A program made the translations under genes and the position numbers. The notes beneath the pieces were generated by a model, which was given only the letters and a program-made list of their open reading frames with translations, searched no databases and was not told where the DNA came from. A stretch of DNA of 20,000 bases from Elsinoe ampelina. Taxonomy: Eukaryota. The stretch is from assembly GCA_010093995.1 (NCBI GenBank), contig ML992526.1, positions 61,257 to 81,256 of the forward strand, read 5' to 3'. Positions 1 to 8,610 of this stretch are shown piece by piece (the stretch's first letter is position 1; every line of letters begins with the position of its first letter).

Positions 1-187
1 GGCAGGGAATGTCTTGAAAATGCCAGGTTTTTTGGCGGGTCAGGTAATGTTTCTGTCAACATCCCACAATTGATAAACAGCATGTGCCGTCTTTTGGCTT
101 GTCGCCAACGGGAATAGCACGTGTCTCCCAAGGGGATCATATAATACATCGTAATTCAAGGTCGTCTACAGCATACCGTAATACAGC

Positions 188-2047
188 TTAGTCAAGCCCA
201 AGCAGACTCTCCAACTCTTCCGGACTCAACGTCGACTTTCTCCTCTTGGGTCGGCCCTTTATCTTTGTCTTCTTTGCAGGACTGCGTAGTGCTCCAATAT
301 CATCGTTCATCTCCAGCTCAAGTTCGCTATCCATGACGGATCCTCCGATTGGTTTGTTCAGCGCTTCCTCGGCTTCAGACTGAGCAGCTCTGAGCTTGTC
401 TTGCATTGTCATCTGTGGGACGTCTTCCTCGAGGAATGAAGATGACTGTGGTGGTTCCACTTGGACGGCAGTCTTCCTTGCCGAAGTTTGTGACCGACCC
501 ACTTCGAATACTGGCTTACGTATCTGTGGAGTATCAGAATCTGCGTTGAGGTTGAGCATGGCAATTCCTACCTTTCCTGATCTTGTACGAGATCCTTGAT
601 CTAAGGACCTGTTTTCTACGTCCGAAGAGGACAACTCCGGTGTCGGTACGTATCTCTGATGAAGTGACTCCAAGACTTCTGAGCTGTCGACTTGAGGTGG
701 CTCAAAGGCTACTCGCTTGGGAGACTGCAGGCGAGAAGGCGATTGCAACCTTCTGGGCGACTGGATGTTGCTGCTCAGCTGTCTAAGCTGTTGACCTTGC
801 ACCGCCTTAGCGGGTCGGAGGTCGAAGAACTCTGGTGGATCGACAGCGGTCTGCTTGACGGGTGAGGGCAGTGCAGGCATTGACGGAGTCTCTTCCTCGG
901 TCAGCCCGCTGACTCCGCTGTCTCGAGACACGATTTCAGCCTCAGTAGAGTCCTCGTCGTTCATCCCACCATGCATGCTCGGACGTGGTAAGCGTGAAGG
1001 GCTCATGGTCTGCCTAATCTCCTCGAAGCCAGCGTCAAGTCCGAGTCCACGTTTGAGGTCGTCAAGGTTGATTGTATCACCGGTTCTCTCCAATCTTTTT
1101 CGCCATCCATCCATCATAACAAGTACATCTTTCCACCTGGCTTCCATCATCTCCCATCCTTCTCTTAGTCGGCCAATTTCCTCGTCTCGAATATCCACTT
1201 CTTCGACTGACACAAAGTTCGGATTTGTCAACAGATTGCGAAGTGTGTCCATGACAGTCTCCATGTCAATCGCTATGCTTTCGTAAACTGGTTGTCCACT
1301 GTTCGGCACAGTTTGTACATCGGCTGTTCTCGGTATTCCCAAGAGATCCTGCAATGTCTGTAGCGTGTTTCGTACAAGCGAAAGGAGACCGTCGTTCTCG
1401 TCGCTCAAGCTCTGGCTAAGTTGTGTCAGAAATTCGTTGGTCTCCTGCTTCAGCGTGTATTCCGGGTCGGCCAGAGAATGGAGGGACATGTTAAAGCTGG
1501 GCTGAGACCTTGATCCACCATTGATGCTGATAGATGGAGCCACAACCAAGCTCTTGTTTCCACGTTGTTGACCCTGTAGATGACTCTTGAGCTTTTCGAT
1601 CTGGAGATCTCGCTTGCGCAAGTCGGCCGTACATTGTGCCTTGATCTGTTCTGCCAGTGTCTTTGTCTTCGCGAGCTGTGTTTGTAGTGTCTTGACTGAT
1701 ATTTGGACTTTTTTAAGATCAGCTTTGGCGTTGCGCGCATCCACTTGGGCTTGCGTCAAGGCTCTCTCCTTCTCTGCCAGTCGGTTTTGTAGTCTCTCAA
1801 TCTCAGAGTCTTTGCGAGTGTTTTCGATTCGAAGACTCCGGATTATGTCTGCCGCCTGTTCGCGACCATCTTCGTCCTTGTCGCGCCTCAATAAAAGGTC
1901 GTGCACGAGATTGATGATCTGAGCGCGTGTCTCGCGAGTGGGTTTCGCAAAGTCGACACTCTTGCCATTGCGCAACAGTCCTCGTGCTAGAAGGAGATTG
2001 TTGACATATGTCGAAGCTGTGATGAGTGTCTCCGACTCCATTGCCAT
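188..2047 (-). CDS. tinA: NIMA-interactive protein TinA / Msd1-SSX2IP-like (afadin/alpha-actinin-binding ADIP-type coiled coil), probable spindle pole body microtubule-anchoring factor; possible in-frame 48-nt intron at 524..571
   Basis: 619-aa ORF. The N-terminus 'TASTYVNNLLLARGLL...QIINLVHDLLLRRD' followed by a long coiled coil and '..LRKRDLQIEKLKSHL' is what I recognise as the fungal TinA/ADIP family. The C-terminus is Ser/Pro-rich and ends in a basic KRRKSTLSPEELESLL motif. On the minus strand GTAGGA...CTGAT...CACAG (571..524) looks like a stop-free intron. Confidence 0.75.
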   Translation of the reverse strand: MAMESETLITASTYVNNLLLARGLLRNGKSVDFAKPTRETRAQIINLVHDLLLRRDKDEDGREQAADIIRSLRIENTRKDSEIERLQNRLAEKERALTQAQVDARNAKADLKKVQISVKTLQTQLAKTKTLAEQIKAQCTADLRKRDLQIEKLKSHLQGQQRGNKSLVVAPSISINGGSRSQPSFNMSLHSLADPEYTLKQETNEFLTQLSQSLSDENDGLLSLVRNTLQTLQDLLGIPRTADVQTVPNSGQPVYESIAIDMETVMDTLRNLLTNPNFVSVEEVDIRDEEIGRLREGWEMMEARWKDVLVMMDGWRKRLERTGDTINLDDLKRGLGLDAGFEEIRQTMSPSRLPRPSMHGGMNDEDSTEAEIVSRDSGVSGLTEEETPSMPALPSPVKQTAVDPPEFFDLRPAKAVQGQQLRQLSSNIQSPRRLQSPSRLQSPKRVAFEPPQVDSSEVLESLHQRYVPTPELSSSDVENRSLDQGSRTRSGKVGIAMLNLNADSDTPQIRKPVFEVGRSQTSARKTAVQVEPPQSSSFLEEDVPQMTMQDKLRAAQSEAEEALNKPIGGSVMDSELELEMNDDIGALRSPAKKTKIKGRPKRRKSTLSPEELESLLGLD

Positions 2048-2510
2048 GTCGTATGGTCACTTGGAAGTAATGGGCGATACTGCGACCACACGCAAAGAGC
2101 AAGCGTCGGGAGCAGCCAAAAACAACCTCGAGCCACAACAGTCTTCCACTTTGGGCTAGCGCAGCCTCAGCTTGGCAATTTGTTCCCCTCCTCTCAGAGC
2201 CTCCTCTGCTACTCCACTGCAACACTATCGCCACGGCTGACCTGGTCGGATTGACTGTGAACAAAGCGGAGACCAATGAGCCCTCCTGCGCATTCTGCAG
2301 CTTCCAAGGTGATGATCGGCCCCTCACTTTCTACCGTCGGCCTCGTGGTGACTTCGGACTTCAGTGTGGGGATGGCGCTTCAATGTCCGATGCATCAGAG
2401 ATGGGCCTTGGATCAATTGGCATGGCGGTAGGTCATAAAAGGACCAGACCCCAGTAACTCCTTCTCTCTCTACTACTCTACCACCAGAAACTGTTGATCG
2501 AATTGCAAAC

Positions 2511-3217
2511 ATGGCAAAGACTTACCCTACTCACGACGGTACGCAAGGAGTCCGGGATCGGACTTTCCTTCGCCATACTGACCATTCGCAGAGGTCATGG
2601 CCTGTAGTGAAGCAGTACACACCTGGGCCGAGTCCTACGACAGCAAGGTGAGACAACGTGGTCGTCCACTGCAACTCCTGCTCATTCAATCAGGATTGGG
2701 ACAGACTGAGGACCGTCGTCGCACCCACTCTTCGAATTGACTATCGGTCGTTCCTGAACAAGCTCTGGGAAGAAATGCCAGCAGAAGATTATATCAAGAT
2801 GGCGTCGGACCCCAATGTGCTCGGTGATCCTCTCCTCATGACACAGCATTTCATCGGTGGCACTCGATGGGAGAAGACCGGCGAGGATACCATCACGGGC
2901 TACCATCAACTGCGTGTGCCCCATCAAAAGTACTCGGATGCAAGTAGGTCGACAGTGGTGGTCAAGGGTCATGCGCACAGCTACAACACCCACTGGTACA
3001 GGCGCGTCAATGGAGTGTGGAAGTTTGCCGGGCTGGATCCGGATATCAAGTGGTTCGAATACGACTTTGACAAGGTGTTTGCCAGCGGTCGCGATGAGAT
3101 GGGAGAGGCTCGACAAGCTCATGGTATGCAAGTAATCCGGTTGGGAAATTCACATGCTGACCGTGTCCAGGTATCCCTCCGACAGCTGCTGCCATCCCAG
3201 CCACTGTCAGCGCATAA
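2511..3217 (+). CDS. SCD1: Scytalone dehydratase (DHN-melanin pathway); join(2511..2538,2592..2647,2694..3123,3171..3217), 186 aa
   Basis: The spliced translation MAKTYPTHDEVMACSEAVHTWAESYDSKDWDRLR...IDYRSF...TQHFIGG...RVPHQKY...HAHSYN...WKFAGLDPDIKW carries residues equivalent to the scytalone dehydratase active site (Y30/D31, Y50, H85, H110, S129/N131). Three GT-AG introns of 53, 46 and 47 nt with CTGAC/CTCAT branch sites give 561 nt in frame. Confidence 0.95.
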
Positions 3218-3774
3218 AATTGCGGATTGCGGATCGCGGAAAATGGAGATCGATCCTGATACCATTGTATCATGCAATTTATCTGTTGCAGTATACATGA
3301 CTCTTGAATGAATGATTTACTTCGAACCGCCGAGATCCTGTCGACCCGCCTGTTCGGTCAAGATGCGGCGTCACGTCGTGTCCAGGGCCGAATCGTGAAT
3401 CAAGTGCGAGGTGATTTTCCCGAGAACGGAAGATCGACAGCCACATGCGTGTGATCGTGGCGATGAACTGTTGGATGTGTAGCGTGCCTGCCCTGTGACC
3501 ACAAAATAATGTGCGTGAACATGGTTGTGCTAGTCGAGAGTTCATACTTGTGCAATTCTACTACTAGCTCGCCAGTCGTCACGAGCAAAGTGCCATTACG
3601 TGTCTCCTTCCCATCTACCAGGAACAGGAGCTTGCTTGGAAGAAAAGAAGCAAAGATTTACATCATCCTGCCTCGTCGCTTGACGGTCAGGACGAGCTCT
3701 GATTTGTCAATTTTCGCTTAAGCAGTTCGAGCTAACCTCTGACGCTCCGAGAATCCCTTGAATTCACAGCAAGC

Positions 3775-3805
3775 CCCTCCTTCTTTCTCTCCCTCTCTCC
3801 CCCTT
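3775..3805 (+). promoter_or_regulatory. Pyrimidine-rich CT box, probable core promoter/TSS region of the Nam8-like gene
   Basis: CCCTCCTTCTTTCTCTCCCTCTCTCCCCCTT lies upstream of a consensus GTAAGT donor (3949). CT boxes are common at fungal transcription starts. Confidence 0.4.
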
Positions 3806-3948
3806 GCGAACTTTCATCCCATCTCGAGTCTTTTGCGCAGCGACGGCATCAATTTCAACTGTGCATACCCGCCAATCTTTTCCTCTCTTTGTCGGTGTTG
3901 GTTCCGGTCCTGCTTTGCGAGTTCCAGCCTTCATCGTATACGAGCAAG

Positions 3949-4276
3949 GTAAGTCGAGTCTGACGTATCCTACCTCGAGCCCGTCCGCCTACCGCAACCA
4001 TTACTCGGACGAGCAAGATCGATCTTGACCACATCGCGCATCTGGAGACTATCAATTCGACTCTCGCGCAGACAATTCGACAGTCGACATTCGCATCCGC
4101 CAACTACCAGCCCGTCAGCTGTGCAGTCCAGCGCATTACATAGCTCTGAGACATTTCAACCCATCCTGAGAACCCCCCAGTCGAAGCTCCATCATCCCTT
4201 TCCAACATCGCGGACTCGACATCACAGCCACTACACTCGTTAATCAGAAGCGCAGGCGCTGATCATTATCCTACAG
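3949..4276 (+). other. Putative 5'-UTR intron (328 nt) of the Nam8-like gene
   Basis: Perfect donor AAG|GTAAGT at 3949; GCTGAT branch at ~4258-4263 followed by CATTATCCTACAG ending at 4276. Confidence 0.55.
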
Positions 4277-4556
4277 TTTCGTAATCGCATAGCCCCAGAG
4301 TCGATTTTGCGCTTGGTCCATCTTCAAATCCACCATTGCCTACACCCTCAATAGCAATTCGAACTGGCATTCCCTGCGACTTCACTCGAGCGTAATATAA
4401 GAGCTGCTTCAGGATAACGACTGTTCAAAGATAGGCGATTTGCTTCAGACAGATGTCAGTCACCTGACGGACGAATAAGAGAGTCTAGTTGACATCTGAC
4501 AGATCTTCAATATCACTCGCGGACACCGTAACAGTAATATCAATCAGTTTGATACC

Positions 4557-5918
4557 ATGAGCTTCCAAAATTACGGCGACGCCTTCCAAGGCCAACAGCC
4601 TCCCGAGGCCAATAATGGTGCGCCAGGTACCCAGGGTGCAGAAGCGCAACAGCAGCCACTTGGTCAACAAATTGACCCTTCGGCCGGTCAATTTCCTCCT
4701 GGAGGCAATGGAGCTCCTGGTGGTTCCCCTTCCGGCCCTCCGACCGATGGAGGCGCAAAGACAACTTTGTGGTAAGCATGCACGATCAACTCGTGTATCA
4801 CCACAAGCTTACCTTTCTTCACAGGATGGGCGAACTCGAGCCTTGGATCGATGAGAACTTTATTCGTAACTTGTGGTTCGGCATGGGATACCAAGTCAAC
4901 GTCAAGATGATTCGAGACAAGTTCAGCGGGTAAGAATACATCTCTTTTTTGTACTAGTTGGAGAGTCGCTTATCTAACGTACAGCAGAAGCAACGCTGGA
5001 TACTGCTTCGTCGATTTTGAAAGCACTGACGCTGCTGGCAAGGCTCTCGCTCTTAATGGTAGCGTCATTCCTAACTCGAACCGCCCCTTCAAGTTGAACT
5101 GGGCTTCGGGTGGAGGTCTTGCGGATAGGAGGTATGTCTAACAAGGCCTTTTGTCTTTTGCGTAATCTGACACTTTTCTCAGGGATGACAGAGGTCCGGA
5201 GTACAGCATCTTCGTCGGCGACCTTGGCCCTGAGGTCAACGAATATGTTCTTGTCAACATCTTCCAGAATCGTTTCCCGTCCTGCAAGTCAGCCAAGATC
5301 ATGACTGATCCCATCACTGGTCTTTCCCGCGGATATGGCTTTGTGCGATTCACAGATGAGGCAGATCAGCAGCGCGCTCTGCAGGAAATGCAAGGCGTGT
5401 ACTGCGGGAACCGTCCGATGAGAATCTCCACCGCAACACCAAAGAATAAGAACCAAGGCGGAGGTCCTCCTATGGGAATGGGCCAACCCATGCAAGGCAT
5501 GTACGGCATGAACCCGTACCAACAGATGCCACCTTACGGCGCTCAACAACAGCCCATGAATCAGTTCACTGACCCGAACAACACGACTGTTTTCGTCGGT
5601 GGTCTTAGCGGATATGTCACCGAGGACGAACTACGATCGTTCTTCCAGGGTTTTGGTGAAATCACCTACGTCAAGATTCCTCCAGGAAAAGGCTGCGGTT
5701 TTGTCCAATTCGTCCAGCGCCATGCGGCCGAGATGGCTATCAACCAAATGCAGGGTTACCCAATTGGCAACTCTCGCGTCCGACTTAGCTGGGGTCGCAG
5801 TCAGAACAATTCTGGGCCTGCAGGAACTCCATACCGACCTGCGCCACCCCCTCCAGTCTACCCAACGATGGGCATGCCACCACAGCATCCCTATGGCAAC
5901 TATGCACCAATGAGATAA
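4557..5918 (+). CDS. NAM8: Three-RRM mRNA-binding post-transcriptional/splicing regulator, Nam8/Ngr1/Csx1 family; join(4557..4771,4825..4929,4988(or 4985)..5131,5183..5918), ~399-400 aa
   Basis: RRM1 'KTTLWMGELEPWIDENFIR...NAGYCFVDF...FKLNWA', RRM2 'EYSIFVGDLGPEVNE...SRGYGFVRF', RRM3 'DPNNTTVFVGGL...KGCGFVQF...RVRLSWGR'. Canonical introns restore one frame (1200 nt). Confidence 0.9.
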
Positions 5919-6766
5919 ATGTTTGTCGATTCTCACGCAGTAGATGACATGACTGATTTTCCCAGTGATCATATCTGATTCCTTGATCCTCGAGCCTTTT
6001 TAGCGGGCGTTGGATGTGGTTCATGTAACCGGCTGTAGTTTTGGCGAACTCAATTATGCTGCTTATTGCATGAAACAATTCACGACTCTTACTCAAATCC
6101 AGTCTCCTCACGCAACGTCAACAAATCCACCTTTGGTCAAGTTTTTGGGTTCTCGGAGAACGGCGAGACTTTCCTTTTCGCATGGGCACGGCCGTGGACG
6201 ACTCTTCTTTCATGGCGGATCATGCAAGACAGCGAGGGTTGCAGGAGTGAGGGCGAAAGGTTTCACACATTGGGACTGCGCGACTCTGCAATCAATGTTC
6301 ACGACAAGGATGTAACAACACAAGCGCAAAAAGTTGAATCCTTTGGAATCAGGGTCGTTTCCTTCTTTGATACAAACACACACACACGACGGCGTTTCGA
6401 CCACATTGGAGTCTCTCACTCTTTCTCAACTTTTCCTTTCTTCGTACCAGAATGCAAGATCTATGATACAGCGTGTGTTTTGTCATTTGGTGTGCTCCAT
6501 TCGTTCGTGTCGCGTTTTGCAAACCTTTTCGAGACGCGCGGTCATGGTTTGCCTCTTACCTGATAGCATTTCTGACGACAACCGCCAGGAATGCACCTGC
6601 CCGGGTGGTGCCTCGAATAGCACCGACCAGGCGTACACCTTCCCTGGCAGTAACCTCGTATGGAAGACGCAAGTATGACTCTAGCATTGCCATCCCCGAT
6701 CATTCCACCAATCCTGTCACGAGCACACGTATTGATCGGTCACATTACTCCAAGCACATCCTCAAC

Positions 6767-8200
6767 ATGCGCTATCAGGATTGGGATATATTACTCTTCC
6801 CCCGGGGTTCCCATATCCCTCTGCAAGAATTCCGCACGTCACCGTTTCTCATCCAAGAACGTAAGCAAGCCTGCAGGCCGCCTATGATGTATAATTCATA
6901 CTAACCGCCCGTAGAGAACCACCAAATCCCGCATCTGCTGACATATGTCCCCTCGCTGCCCGAAAATGCGCCTTTCACGATCTCTGTACATAGCTGGACT
7001 CTTCCGAAGCTGGACTCGGCTCGAATTCTCCAAGATGGCTACCGGGATGACGGCTGTCCTGCTTGGGGGCTGCGGGTGTCGATAGATGGTATCTGCGTCT
7101 TGTCAGTAGAGTACAGCTGCCATACGTGCTGGAGATTGACTACTGGTAGAATCACAACATTCGCCGACCAAGTCAGCTGGCCTCAGGTCATCGGTGGTAA
7201 GTTTGCTCATCGATCTGGCTGTTCTGACCAATATTGACTACCTCAGGTGTGCCCGGTGGTACGTGGCACTACCGGTGTCATGATGCACCCAGGTTGACAG
7301 CTTACAGATGATGGCGTCGTGGGAAAGCCCTTGCTCTTTCCATCATACCAGCAGTCTATCCTCTCGCGGCGTGACTGGAAACCTACGGATGACCCGGGTC
7401 GGATCAAGATCATGCTGACCGAGGGAATTCGTTTCGTGCACGAAGGTACTGCCAAATTTCAGGTCACGAAACACCACATTTGCTTTACCTACCAGCCAGC
7501 GCCGCTGGAGCATCTGCAGAGATGCAATATTGCCTGGCCACGAACTAGCAGCCTGCATGCACGTCCTACCAAACCCTTGACCCATCCAAGTGGCCCCTCA
7601 ACAGGGTCTGCCAGCATGCGCAACGATCGTGCTGCGTCTACTAAGACCAGTGATGCACTGGCATGCGGTAATGCGGCAAATACCATCAAACCCACCAGAG
7701 AGGTGCGACTTCCTAGCGACCAGATGCGTCAGATCATCTCAGCCCTCCAGCGCTATGTTCCTGTCGGCGAATCGCAGGACGGCGAACGTACCGCCAGTGC
7801 TATTCGGAGCAATCGAGAAAGAAATATCTCGGATGTCACCATGCATGCTGGATGCACAAGCTTCCCTGATTGTACCTACAACGACCCAGAAAGCGGAGAG
7901 CTCAAGCACAAGACTCCTCAGAAAGCTCTTGAGATACCATGCCGCCATGATAGTCCACAGAAGCAAGGCCCTTTGATACCACAGGAACACGACCAGTGGG
8001 ACGCATGTGTACTGGACACCATCGGTCGAGTCCCAGAGGTACCTGTCAAGAAGAGAAGCCGCAGTCCATTCCACAGCATTGATCAAGGAGGTCGCGCAGA
8101 TGATAGAAGCAATGACCGACGCAGAAAGGTGAGCAAGAGCATGGTAATCTTTGTGGATGATGATGAGGATAAGGAGAATTCTCTAATGGCGGTCTTGTAA
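6767..8200 (+). CDS. Conserved fungal hypothetical protein ('MRYxDWDxLLFP...P.QEF.T' family); join(6767..6860,6915..7101,7150..7196,7247..7258,7308..8200), 410 aa
   Basis: Four GT-AG introns (54, 48, 50, 49 nt; the first has a perfect TACTAAC) join to a 1233-nt open frame continuing into the 7319..8200 ORF. Motifs 'YVPSLPENAPFTISVHSW', 'VSIDG', 'WPQVI', 'GRIKIMLTEG' and 'FTYQPAPLE.L....IAWP' resemble an uncharacterised Pezizomycotina family as I recall it. Confidence 0.8.
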
Positions 8201-8610
8201 CTAGCCATTGATCATTGCCATGGAAGGACAGGGGGAATAGTCTTGGGGATAGAGAGACAGGGGGAGACACTTTGCACCAGAATGACAGGGGAGACATCCT
8301 TTGGAGGTTTATGAGTTCGTCCGGTTGCAGTGGATCAAAGTATTCAGATCCTCATTTTTGGTTTAAGAGACAGTATGAAGAGAAATTGTGTCGTGGTGAC
8401 TGTTTGCATGAAGAGCCAGCTTGGACATGTGTGATATGTGAAGCTGTTGAAGATTCGCGGGCTAGGGCAGGTGTGAACAAGCTGTCATCATCTCCAACCA
8501 CACCTCACCCTCTCCACCACGCATCCCCGAACACTACTGACTTGCGCACGCGACAGACGTACAATGTCTAGCGGCCAACGATCCACATCACATATTCCCC
8601 TACGACAGCG

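Noticed and set aside
3221..3240. (T/C)GCGGAT x3 just after the SCD1 stop
   Set aside because: Very short tandem repeat compatible with slippage; no supportable function.
2658..3311. 217-aa ORF-track version of scytalone dehydratase
   Set aside because: It starts in intron 2 and reads through intron 3; the spliced 2511..3217 model restores the conserved N-terminal YD motif.
6376..6387. (AC)6 microsatellite
   Set aside because: Too short to be meaningful.
6010..6678. Several 100-165-aa ORFs between the Nam8-like gene and the 6767 gene
   Set aside because: No codon bias or motifs; the region looks like 3'-UTR/intergenic DNA.
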